IMG/VR virus record: IMGVR_UViG_3300043464_002365
Span: 9,877-73,876 of that record
DNA from: a virus
Direction: 5' to 3' (one strand)
Length of the DNA: 64,000 nt
The notes below the pieces were generated by a model, which saw nothing but the letters and a program-made list of their open reading frames with translations, did not search any database and was not told where the DNA came from. Shown here piece by piece: positions 31,912 through 41,321 of the stretch. The number at the start of each line of letters is the position of its first letter. Position 1 is the stretch's first letter. Both the position numbers and the translations under genes were made by a program.

Positions 31912-32259
31912 ATGAAACGATTCCTTTTCTCTCTCCTGCTGCTATGCCCTATCCAGGCGCAAGCAGCTCTTGAATGTGGCTATGCCTCTCATTACGGCAT
32001 TGGCGACGGCTACCACGGTCAGCGTGCTGCTGACGGCTCTCGCTTCGATGCCTACGGTCGCACTGCCGCCCACCCATGGCTTCCATTTGGCACGCAATTG
32101 CGTGTGAAGAATCGCAACAATGGGAAGTCAGTGACGGTGACAGTCACAGACAGAGGCCCATACTACGGAGGCCGCATCTTGGACTTGTCCTACGGCAGCT
32201 TCGCTCGCATTGCTTCCCCTTCTCAAGGCGAAGCGTCCATCTGTATCTCAAGATTATGA
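31912..32259 (+). CDS. rlpA: RlpA-like (DPBB) lytic transglycosylase with signal peptide
   Basis: ASHYG, TAAHPWLPFGT, VTVTDRGPY, RILDLS. Confidence 0.88.
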   Translation: MKRFLFSLLLLCPIQAQAALECGYASHYGIGDGYHGQRAADGSRFDAYGRTAAHPWLPFGTQLRVKNRNNGKSVTVTVTDRGPYYGGRILDLSYGSFARIASPSQGEASICISRL

Positions 32260-32529
32260 AAGACGTAGCTTCATTCCTTTTGCTCACCTTCGTCTTTGGG
32301 CTTGGTGCCTTTGCCATTGTTGCTTCTCCCAATGTGATGGCAAACAAAGAAGGCTTGACAAAGTGCATGCAGCTCCATCCTGAGCGCTACTGCCGCATTG
32401 CAAATGGCTTTCCCGCAAAGCTTGACAGCTCTGCTCAGTAGGCTCTACACTCTCCCTGGATGACGGACGGGGCTTCCTACGCGGGAGCTCTTCTTTCCTC
32501 CTTGTTCTTTCGCTGGCGACAGGCTCCTC

Positions 32530-32808
32530 ATGGACAAAACCTCCCGCATTAAACAGTTCATTTTCAATGCTGGCCACAGCATTGTTTCTGTGGAATTCAT
32601 CAAGGCTGATGGTTCTGTGCGTAAGCTTCAATTCAATCCTTGGGACACCAAGGAAATCAAAGGCACGGGCACAGCAGTGAAGAAGCCCAGCATCGTGCGT
32701 TGTCGTGATTTCTCCATTGCTCGCAAAGAAGGAGAAGGCGCTTGGCGCTCGTTTGATTGTGAGCGCGTGACAAGCATCAAAGCCAACGGTCAAACCCTCG
32801 TCTTCTGA
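32530..32808 (+). CDS. WYL-like/SH3-fold phage protein
   Basis: VEFIKADGSVRK...WRSFDCERV. Confidence 0.65.
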   Translation: MDKTSRIKQFIFNAGHSIVSVEFIKADGSVRKLQFNPWDTKEIKGTGTAVKKPSIVRCRDFSIARKEGEGAWRSFDCERVTSIKANGQTLVF

Positions 32809-33251
32809 AATAATGCCCCTCTCTCGTACTCAACAAGCCATTGCCAAAATGGTTTCCAATAATGCTCGCCACAAGTGGCAAGATTACAGTTCTGATGATC
32901 GCTCTTCTGCTCGCTCTTTTATTCTTTCCCGTGCTAGTAAACCCGCTCATAAAGAAAAGAAAGAATTGCTTTTGACGCTTGCAAATGCTTTGCAAGATGA
33001 CATCTGGAAGGTGCTTTGACCATGGGAAAGAAACTGTACGTCGTCGAAATTAACTACCAGGCTTATGTCTGGGCCGAAGACGATTGCGAAGCTGAAGATT
33101 TTGCCAACGAAATTGTTTCCACCGAGAAGCCGTCTATCTGGTCTCAAGAAGTGGAAGTAGGCAAAAATCCTTTGTCTTGGCAACAACATTGCCTGGTTTA
33201 TACCGATGGCCCAGAAATTGAAATTAGCAGAATTTTTGCGGGTGACGCTTA

Positions 33252-33443
33252 ATGGGAACAAAGGATAACAGGCGAGCAGTATTTGCCTTGGCAGCAAAAT
33301 ATGACTTTGTTCTCCAGCGTGAAAAAAATCACTATGTGTTCAAACATCCTTCTGGCAAGATATTTTGCACAAGTAAAAGCACTTTAGACACGCGCTTTTT
33401 GAGAAACGTTGAAAGCTTTATTAAACGCACTCTTGCTTCCTAG
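33252..33443 (+). CDS. HicA-like (dsRBD-fold) protein
   Basis: FVLQREKNHYVFKHPSG...TSKS...RNV; 63 aa, basic. Confidence 0.6.
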   Translation: MGTKDNRRAVFALAAKYDFVLQREKNHYVFKHPSGKIFCTSKSTLDTRFLRNVESFIKRTLAS

Positions 33444-33454
33444 TCTTCAAAACC

Positions 33455-36400
33455 ATGCTTTCCCTCCTTCTCGCAACTGCACTGCCCGAACTGCCTCCTG
33501 TGCAGCAACAAGCTCTCACTAAAGAAGAAGCGCTCTTGGAGCGCATCATCAAAGAAGGGCAAACTGCCACTGAGCGCAAATTCGGCGACTGCCACTACGC
33601 CTGGGGCTCTTGGAAGCTTTCTTCTGATGGCGTGAGAACCACAACGCGCCAATGCAAAGATGAAAGCGCTCACACGCCAGTGTCAATTGCCGTTAGTTGC
33701 CCGCTCTTGAAAGTGAACGTGCTCCAGGACAAGCAATGGCAGGGCTGGCGTAGTCCAGTGGCAAAAGGCGCAAAACCAGGAGAAGCCAATATGGTGGCTG
33801 CTCTCTGCGCCAACGTCACTAACTAGCTTTGTAAAGCTTTGTAACAGGCCCCGGAAACGGGGCCTTTCTTCTGTATTGTTCCTAAGTGTTCGGCAGCGAT
33901 GCCCCTCCAAATGGCAACCATCCCCACCATCCACCTCAACGGCACCGGCTTCACTACACTGCGAGATGAATACGCCGCTGCTTACGATGCCATCGAAAAG
34001 GCAATGGAAACACTTGCTGCAGCCACTCTCAATGGGCGCGATTACTATCCGCAGGAACCTGGCGCTTATTACAAGGCTCGCGCTGAGCGTGATGAAGCCC
34101 TAGACAAGCTTCGTGATGCCAGTATTTACGTTGGCGAAATGCTCGCTGGCATTTGTGACCAGCAACGCTGATTTCTAGACTAGGGGCCATTAGGCCCCTT
34201 TTCATGCCTTTCCCCATTGGAACCCTCGTTGATCTCTACGATTCAGGCTTTAAACAATGGAGAGGCGAATACACAGTGGTGAAGATATATCCTGAAACTG
34301 GCTTGCATAAGATCAAAAACACCAAAACTAATAGTCAGCAATTCGTCAGCGAAGACAAGCTCCGTATGGGCCGGCTCCGGCCTTTTCGCATGGATTGCCT
34401 TTATGAAGGTTTGTAACAAGCCTCGTTGAGCGGGGCATGGTGTTGTATTGTTCTCTGCATGGGCAGCGATGCCCCCTCGTTAAGGAACCAACCATGGCAA
34501 TCATCAACCACTCCGTCGATCAGCTCACCGGTCCTGGCTACTGGACTAAGTTCGAGGGGCTTGAGCGAATCAAGATCACTATCACTGTGCCCAACTGGCA
34601 CGAGCCTTTCCCCACTCAGCAAAGAGCTGGTGCCGCCAATCCTCGCGAGCTTGAGCTGATTGGCCTGCTGCACGTTTGCCAGAGCTGGTATATCAATGGT
34701 CCCGTGATGGATCAATGGACTATTAGCACGCTCTCTGGCCCCATCAAGGTGCCTGCTGGCACCCGCATTGTTTCTGAGCCTGTGCCTGAGAAATGGGCAG
34801 CATGGGAGCAGGAAGCCAGCGAAGGCACCAAGCAGTGGTGGGCCTATTCCAACGGTCGCACGGCCTTCTGTTAAGCATTGTTACAAAGGGGCGGAAACGC
34901 CCCGCTTCTTTTCTATTGTTCCTTTGTTCGCAACCAAACCATGCACCGCACCATCGAAGGCCACAGAGAAGATCCGTATTTGGCCAAGCTTGAAGCTGAT
35001 CGCCAAGCCCAGCACAGCGGCTATGGCGTGCAATCTTATCTGTGTGCTGATGGCTCCATAAAGTGGGAAGCCTATGGATGGGAGCGCATGACTGAATTCC
35101 AGCTCCACACCACTTCCTACGGCTTGTTTGACCACAAATGGCAAGCCGAACAGTATTTCAACTCCATCATCAACGGCTGACCATGAACCCCTCCATTAAA
35201 CAAGCTTGGACCGAAGCTCTTCGTTCTGGTGATTATCAGCAAGGCAGAGAAAACCTTTGCAGCAATGGCAAATTCTGCTGCCTTGGTGTGCTGACTGATC
35301 TCTATATCAAGGAGACCAACCAGCAATGGCACCATAATGTTGGTGGTTTCTACAGCTTTGAAACTGAAGGAGGCGTTTTGCCTTTTTCAGTGCAGCAATG
35401 GGCAGGACTTGATGCGCCCAATCCTTACATTACTGGCTTTCATCTCACTTCTTGGAATGATGAAGTTGGCACAAGCTTTGAAGAAATTGCCGATCTAATT
35501 GAGGCGCATTTGTGAACAATTCTCAACTCGCCCTCTCCATCAATCAACGCAACATCTACTTGCATTATTTAGCCCACAAGAAAAAGCATGGAGATGAGCC
35601 ATGCAAGGCTCCAAAATGTCCTTTACAAGGAAACAGACTTGTAGACCATTTGAAGGCAATGGAAAAGCTCGAAGAGCGAGGATTCATTCGCCTTATTCGT
35701 CGCTCTGACGATTACCTTTCTTGGATCATTGTTTCTCCTTAAAGCCATGCCTTTTCCCGTTTCTTTTGTTTCAGAAGATGAATATGGCGTGCCTTATGCA
35801 GCACACACTTTCTCTTCCATTGAAGAACTCTACGATGAAATTAGAGCTTTAGAAGAGCTGCTTGGTGAAAGCTCTGTTAGCAGGGGCTACATCATTCAAG
35901 CTGCCCTAGATCAGCTCAAACAGCTTGCTCACGAAATCGAAGACGAACCACTCTCCACTTACGACCAATGATCACCACCATCAAAACGCACCAAGACAAT
36001 GGCCCTTACTTTGATGCCACCAAGGGCAGTTACCAAGCAGCCACGCTCCAGCAGCTCATCTTTCACATTCGGCTTGCAATGGAGGACAGAGAGCATGTCA
36101 TTGGCGTGTACGGGCCTGATGGGGCCTGTAAGGGCATTTGGCAGCTCGACATCGAAGGGCATGTGGACAGCGCAGGCGACAGCATCGTGGACCATGAAGG
36201 CTACGAGCTGCTACGCCCTGACACTAGGGAGCAATGGATGTGGGGCAGGCTTCAGGAGCAACTAGCCTGATTTAGGAACATCTTTGATGCTTCTTTCCTG
36301 AACCCTATTCAGGCATTGTTAAGCTTTGTGAACCAAGGGCATCCAGGCCCCTTTCTGCTGTATTGTTTTCTTGTTGGGCGAGATCCCGACAGCCCTTTGC

Positions 36401-37313
36401 TTCCCCACCATGGAATTCCTTGTTAACGCTGGCGGCCTCCTCATTAAGCACGATGAAGAGCAGCTTCTTTCTCTCATTGCTCAGTTCATCAATGAAGGCA
36501 AGCCTGGCTGCGGCTTCTTCATCAAAGGTGTGGGCTGCATTGCTAAGCACGAAGATGGCCAGATGATGATGGGCCGCACCATTGAAACTGTTAGCCGTCT
36601 CTTCAATAAGACCAGCGACGACATTATGCACACTGTCAAGCACTGGGCTTCCGAGGCTGCTTGATTAAGCAAGGGGCGCCTAAAGCGCCCCGTTCTCCCC
36701 CTATTAAAATCATGCAAGACGCTATTAACATTCTCGCCATCAGCAAGAAAGGCAAAAGCCGTATTGGCACCAAGATCACTCTTGGCATTGTTGAGCAGGA
36801 TCATCACGACAAGCTTTTTGTAGTGTTTCCTGAACTAAATCAATGTCGATGGATAAAGAAGGATAATGATCCTGATTTTTGCATTATTGGAGATGATTGA
36901 CCATGGGAACAAATTATTATCTTCATGCTCCAAAATGCCTTCATTGCGGCAAAGAAGAAAAGCTCCCTTTACATCTTGGCAAAAGCTCTTATGGCTGGTG
37001 TTTCGGCCTCCACGTCTATCCAGAAAACGCGCTAAATAACTGGCAGGAAATGTGGAGTCATATTGATTATTTAACGCAAGAAAAAGACTATGAAATAAGA
37101 GATGAATATGGTGATTTTGTTGATAATGGAGAGTTCTTCTCTATCGTCTGGGACAGGAGCGGCAAGCCTGGTAGACTTTTCGACAAGAAATGGCTAAGGG
37201 ATAACTATGCAGAGATAGGTCCTTACGGTCTTGCCAGACATGCTTTACTTGCAGGGCATTGCATAGGCCATGGTAAAGGGCCTTTTGATTACATCATTGG
37301 AGAATTCTCTTGA
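33455..37313 (+). CDS. cluster of small early hypothetical genes (33455-33826, c.33911-34171, 34204-34416, c.34494-34874, c.34941-35180, c.35183-35515, 35512-35742, c.35747-35971, 35968-36270, c.36410-36664, 36897-37313)
   Basis: Co-oriented short ORFs separated by repeated promoter/terminator units. Confidence 0.6.
33828..33879 (+). promoter_or_regulatory. HLR1 (RpaB box) promoter, perfect consensus on the reverse strand
   Basis: Reverse complement GTTACAAA-GC-TTTACAAA; GGCCCCG-GAAA-CGGGGCC hairpin; TATTGT after 28 nt. Confidence 0.8.
34400..34451 (+). promoter_or_regulatory. HLR1-like promoter
   Basis: TTTATGAA-GG-TTTGTAAC, 28 nt, TATTGT. Confidence 0.75.
34867..34919 (+). promoter_or_regulatory. 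HLR1-like promoter
   Basis: TCTGTTAA-GC-ATTGTTAC, 29 nt containing GGGGCG-GAAA-CGCCCC, TATTGT. Confidence 0.7.
36315..36366 (+). promoter_or_regulatory. HLR1-like promoter
   Basis: ATTGTTAA-GC-TTTGTGAA, 28 nt, TATTGT. Confidence 0.7.
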
Positions 37314-37660
37314 ACAAAAAGCTTCGCCAAGCTTTTGAAAGCACCGTCCTTCTTTCTTCGGGCTCCCCATGGGAGCCTTCTTCTTTGCCTTGTTTTGTTA
37401 TCTCTGCTTGCTGCCCCTACAGTCTGCCCTTTGACCCTGCCCGTGACTCTGCTCTTCACCACGAAATGAAAGACTGGCTGGAGCTACTAGGCGCATCTCA
37501 TGAGGAGATCATTGGGCAATCGCCTGACGGAGCCTGGCAAGAGCCTTGCTGGGCTATTTATGGCATCACAGAAGGCCAAGCGAAGCGCTTGGGCAGGCTG
37601 TACCAGCAATGGGCAGTGTTTCGCTTTGACGAGCAGGGGAGAACAGTATTGGCTTGTTGA
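37310..37660 (+). CDS. DUF3293-like protein
   Basis: VISA.CPYS, G.SPDG.W.E, LGRLYQQWAVF. Confidence 0.75.
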   Translation: MNKKLRQAFESTVLLSSGSPWEPSSLPCFVISACCPYSLPFDPARDSALHHEMKDWLELLGASHEEIIGQSPDGAWQEPCWAIYGITEGQAKRLGRLYQQWAVFRFDEQGRTVLAC

Positions 37661-37746
37661 AAGCAAAATAATTGTTAGCATGGCGAAACATCGCGAGACT
37701 GGCATCTCGTGACGTTTCTAACCACTACCAAAGGAGCAGTTTGGCC

Positions 37747-38325
37747 ATGGCTGAACATAAGCATAGCAGCGTGCCTGCAGGGTTTAAGGAGATCCCTGGG
37801 TATGACGGACGCTATTTCATTAATGAGAAGGGCGACGTGTGGAGCGTAGCCAAATCAAGGCTCATGAGCCCACAGACGGACGCCACTCATCCTTATCCAT
37901 GGGTGCTACTAATAAAACCCGACAAGAAAAAGCAGCCAACTACTGTTTATTTTTTAATGCGTCTTACATGGATGCCTCATGCTCCAGGTGAGGTTGGAAT
38001 AGGGGCCAACAAGTGGTGCATCAACCACAAAGACGGAAATAAGCTCAATAGCTCATTGGATAATTTGGAATGGGTGACGAATTCTCAGAATGCTAAGCAC
38101 GCATGGGAGAATGGATTGCAAGCAAAAGGTATCGACAAGAAAAACGCTATCTTCACTTCTATTGACGTGACACTAATCCGCTTGCGAGTGAAATACGGAG
38201 AAAGTGCCTATTCAGTAGCGAAAGAATACAATTGCGCTTATGGCACTATCAAGAAAATGTGTCGCTTTGAGAGCTGGAAACATCAAGACGGTAATCTTAA
38301 CGGACGGATCCGACCAGCATCCTAA
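37747..38325 (+). CDS. NUMOD4-HNH homing endonuclease
   Basis: FKEIPGYDGRYFINEKG; INHKDGNKLN...NLEWVT.SQN..HA. Confidence 0.9.
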   Translation: MAEHKHSSVPAGFKEIPGYDGRYFINEKGDVWSVAKSRLMSPQTDATHPYPWVLLIKPDKKKQPTTVYFLMRLTWMPHAPGEVGIGANKWCINHKDGNKLNSSLDNLEWVTNSQNAKHAWENGLQAKGIDKKNAIFTSIDVTLIRLRVKYGESAYSVAKEYNCAYGTIKKMCRFESWKHQDGNLNGRIRPAS

Positions 38326-38326
38326 A

Positions 38327-38431
38327 AGACCCGGCTGGCTCGGTATCAGACCCGGCTGGCTCGGTATCAGACCCGGCTGGCTCGGTATCAGACCCGGCTG
38401 GCTCGGTATCAGACCCGGCTGGCTCGGTATC
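38327..38431 (+). repeat. 5 x 21 bp perfect tandem repeat AGACCCGGCTGGCTCGGTATC
   Basis: Read directly; followed by an AT-rich tract. Confidence 0.97.
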
Positions 38432-38534
38432 ACCTTTCTTTTATATAATTTCATCTCATCATCACATCATAACGCTGTCGTTATATGCCTTTATGCGCAT
38501 ATGCCGATATCGTTGTATGCGCATAGCCGCATAG

Positions 38535-38566
38535 TAGTACAGACGTACTATAGTACAAACGTACTA
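38535..38566. promoter_or_regulatory. two tandem TAGTAC-N4-GTACTA palindromes (cyanobacterial LexA-box-like)
   Basis: TAGTACAGACGTACTA TAGTACAAACGTACTA. Confidence 0.55.
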
Positions 38567-38660
38567 GCCTGAGGCGAGGGCGATTCCCGGTTCTCCGGTG
38601 GGGAATGGGGAAAATATACCCTACCTGGCAGCCGTAAATATAGCCTACTGGTGGCGGCCT

Positions 38661-38764
38661 TAAGAGAGGCTCACTTGTGACCATGCTAAGAGAGGCTCAC
38701 TTGTGACCATGCTAAGTGAGGCTCACTTGTGGCCGCGCTAAGTGAGGCTCACTTGTGGCCGTGC
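38661..38764 (+). repeat. 4 x 26 bp tandem repeat TAAG(A/T)GAGGCTCACTTGTG(A/G)CC..GC
   Basis: Read directly; internal palindrome AAGTGAG-G-CTCACTT. Confidence 0.95.
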
Positions 38765-38896
38765 TAGTTGTCTCCTACTGGTGACGGCCTTAAAAGTAAG
38801 CCACTGGTGGCGCGCTGATTCTTTCTGCCTACTGGCGCGATTCTGCCGAGCTTCAGTGAGACCAACTGCTGCGCGTTGCTGTCTGCCGCATGGCCT

Positions 38897-38992
38897 TAGG
38901 TGAGCCTCACTGCGCAGCACTAGGTGAGCCCTACTGTTTAGCGTTAATTGTCTCTCACTGTTTAGCGCTAGTTGAGCCCTACTGTTTAGCCC
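38897..38992 (+). repeat. 4 x 24 bp degenerate tandem repeat TAGGTGAGCC(CT)ACTGTTTAGC
   Basis: Read directly; core is the reverse complement of the 26-bp unit core. Confidence 0.85.
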
Positions 38993-39277
38993 TAAGTGTA
39001 GATATTTCAATACGTAACGCCGCTGGCAGTTATGGCGCTTCCAATGGTATGGGCGCTGATTGTTGCGGATTGTTGCAGCAGCGGATTGTCTTGCGGGTTC
39101 CGTGATACGCGCGTACGCGCGATCATCTTTCTGCTGAGCACTGCGCGCAGTCTCTCCCCATTGATAAGCCTGGCTTTTCATTGCGTCGCGGATCGGGCAC
39201 TGATAAGCGTACTGGCTAATCTCCCGCCAAATCAGCGTTGACTGATCGCCCGTGCTTATCGCAGGCGCTTTGCCCCT

Positions 39278-39324
39278 TTGCAAACGCTTGTGGGGCCTGT
39301 AGTGTTCCCTCAGAACCTTGAAAA
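39278..39324 (+). promoter_or_regulatory. sigma70-type promoter followed by rrn-type boxA
   Basis: TTGCAA-16 nt-TAGTGT; GAACCTTGAAAA at 39313-39324. Confidence 0.7.
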
Positions 39325-39359
39325 CCGAAAAGCAACGACATCGAACGCCGCAAGCGTTC

Positions 39360-39416
39360 GCGCGCGGGCCCTTTGTGGTTGCCGTGATGGCGCGGGGTCG
39401 ACTCCCGCTGTGCGCT
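39360..39416 (+). ncRNA. tRNA-like leader element
   Basis: 7-bp acceptor-like stem GCGCGCG/TGTGCGC stacked on T-arm GCGGG-GTCGACT-CCCGC. Confidence 0.55.
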
Positions 39417-39454
39417 TTGCCGGCTTTTGCCGGCCCTTCCCCTCTCTTTTATCT

Positions 39455-40207
39455 ATGGCTACCCTCTCGCACACTGCTGCGCTCCTCCTCTCCTCTCTGG
39501 AGACGGCAGAGCGTCCTAACGGTTCTCTCTTCCTCCGTCTCTCCTCCTCTGCTCCTAGTTGGGCTTCTTCTGTGATTAGAGAAGCTCACTTAGGCGAGCT
39601 CCCTAATGACTCTCGCTATGAGCTCATCAAAGACGCTCTCTCGGCTCTCTCTGATGGCGCCTTCTCTGATGAGGAGGAGGCTATCGACTCGATTGATGAG
39701 CTCTCTCTCGATCTCGTGCCACACAGAACCACGGAGCTCCTCCAGTGGTTTGCTGATCACGCGAACCGCCTCTCCTCCTGCGATGAGGCTCTAGAAAGTG
39801 GCCGCATCTCTGATCTCTGCTCCTATGAGCTCCTCTCTGAAGGGTTCCGCGTGGGAGCTGAGGAGATGCTCTCCTCGCTTATCTCCTCTCTAGAGGAGGA
39901 GCGTCTCTCAGTGTTCAATCCTGACACTGATAGTCAGCTCCTCTTAGGCGACTCCCACGGGATATATATCCCCAAGCTCTGGGCCGATGGACTGGAGGAT
40001 GAGGAGGAGGCAGAGTCCTATTCCGTCTCCTGGGAGGACGTCCTCATCTGTCAAGCTGGCCCAGACTCTGAGAACTACTGGCAAGCATGGGACGCAATCC
40101 TCCGCGATGCTCTCTGGAATGAAAACGGAGAGGATTGGCGCCTCCTGCAGAATGGCGATCTCTGGGCTGTTCGCTCTGACGTAGAGATTCCTGAGGATGC
40201 ATTCTGA
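39455..40207 (+). CDS. acidic Ocr-like (DNA mimic) protein fused to a second acidic domain
   Basis: 250 aa from MATLSH; YELIKD...IDEL..DLVPH..ELLQWFA resembles T7 gp0.3; about 53 Asp/Glu, 2 Lys. Confidence 0.6.
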   Translation: MATLSHTAALLLSSLETAERPNGSLFLRLSSSAPSWASSVIREAHLGELPNDSRYELIKDALSALSDGAFSDEEEAIDSIDELSLDLVPHRTTELLQWFADHANRLSSCDEALESGRISDLCSYELLSEGFRVGAEEMLSSLISSLEEERLSVFNPDTDSQLLLGDSHGIYIPKLWADGLEDEEEAESYSVSWEDVLICQAGPDSENYWQAWDAILRDALWNENGEDWRLLQNGDLWAVRSDVEIPEDAF

Positions 40208-40392
40208 TGAGACGGCTCTCCCTCTCCTCTCGTGAGGCTCTCTACGTCCTATGGGCTCTAGAGGAGGCTCTCCTCATCTCAGAACCTGAGGAGGAGGAGC
40301 TCCTCCTCTCTCTCATCTCTCGTTTGAACGGAGCCGCAGCCCCATTCTCCTCTGCCTCTGCCTCTCGCTCTCGCTCCTCCTCCCATGCCTGA
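40207..40392 (+). CDS. small acidic hypothetical protein
   Basis: TGATG overlap with upstream gene; same codon bias. Confidence 0.55.
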   Translation: MRRLSLSSREALYVLWALEEALLISEPEEEELLLSLISRLNGAAAPFSSASASRSRSSSHA

Positions 40393-41311
40393 CGCTCTCT
40401 CCTCTCTCTACTCTGCCTCTCCTCTCTTTACCATGCTCCTCTCCTCTCCTCTCCTTGACAACGTACGGGCTCTCTCTGGGCTCTCTGGCTCCTTTTACTT
40501 TTACGAACCACGGCAGGAGATTGTCAGCTCCTCCGACTACTGTTCTCCCATTGAATGGCGACAACCATCACCCAATGAGGCAGAGTCTCTCGGACTGGGA
40601 GAGCTCTCCTCCTACTCTTTGGAGCTCTGCCGAGAGCTCGGCTCCTCTGTCACCAAAATCACGCCAGAGGAGGCAGTAGAGCTCCTCTGTGAGCGCAAGC
40701 TATGGCAACGGTGCTCGCTCCTCTGGCTCCCGTCTTACTGTATGGGAGGAGACTACTGCGGCTCTACTCACCACGTGGCTAACGCTCGCTATCTCTTGCG
40801 CCAGTTCTCCTCGCCAGAGCTCAGAGAATGCAACGGAGGCTATGGGAGTCAAGGTGTCATTGTTGACCCTCGCTATCTCTCAGAGGAGCTCCTAGAACTC
40901 CTGCAGAGTCTTGAGAACTATCCCGTTCTCTGTGAGGATGAGCTCTCCTCCTACGAACTAGAACTACAGAACGAAACCTGGGATCACACAATCCGCAGAG
41001 AATGGGAGAGAGCTCTAGAGAGCGCTCTCTCCTCTCTCCTCTCAGACAATGAGGAGCTCGCAGAGAATGCAGTAGAGAGCCTCTCAGAGGATGCCCTGTT
41101 CTCTCTGTTCTCTCATTGTGCCGAGCTCTCTAATACCTACTGGGAGGCAGAGAGCGGAACTACTGTCTATATAGACATTGATCGCATCGCTCAGAGCCTC
41201 TCCTCAGAGCTCCTCCTAGAGCTCCTACAAGAGAGCCTCTCCTCTCAGTTCTCCCAGGCTCTACAGCCTCTCCTAGCCTCCTCTCAGCTCTCCCTGGAGC
41301 TCGCAGGCTGA
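40385..41311 (+). CDS. acidic hypothetical protein (LENYPVLCED..S.YE.E...W family); start may be 40433
   Basis: 308 aa, 2 Lys, same codon bias. Confidence 0.7.
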   Translation: MPDALSSLYSASPLFTMLLSSPLLDNVRALSGLSGSFYFYEPRQEIVSSSDYCSPIEWRQPSPNEAESLGLGELSSYSLELCRELGSSVTKITPEEAVELLCERKLWQRCSLLWLPSYCMGGDYCGSTHHVANARYLLRQFSSPELRECNGGYGSQGVIVDPRYLSEELLELLQSLENYPVLCEDELSSYELELQNETWDHTIRREWERALESALSSLLSDNEELAENAVESLSEDALFSLFSHCAELSNTYWEAESGTTVYIDIDRIAQSLSSELLLELLQESLSSQFSQALQPLLASSQLSLELAG

Positions 41312-41321
41312 TACTCCCTGG

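Noticed and set aside
33828-36366. NtcA or Pho boxes as the promoter motif
   Set aside because: No intact GTA-N8-TAC at 22-23 nt from the -10, and the repeat period is 10 bp (HLR1) rather than 11 bp (Pho).
38327-38992. CRISPR array
   Set aside because: Repeats are directly tandem with no unique spacers, and there are no cas genes. The Cas4-like exonuclease sits in a recombination module.
38212-39283. ORFs 38212-38454, 38240-38572 and 38738-39283
   Set aside because: These are translations of DNA repeats with no credible protein features.
39455-41311. Simple palindrome avoidance, or non-coding microsatellite, as the explanation for the CT/GA bias
   Set aside because: GAGCTC, TCTAGA and GATC palindromes are present, and long ORFs with coupled stops/starts and conserved-looking motifs show the region is coding.
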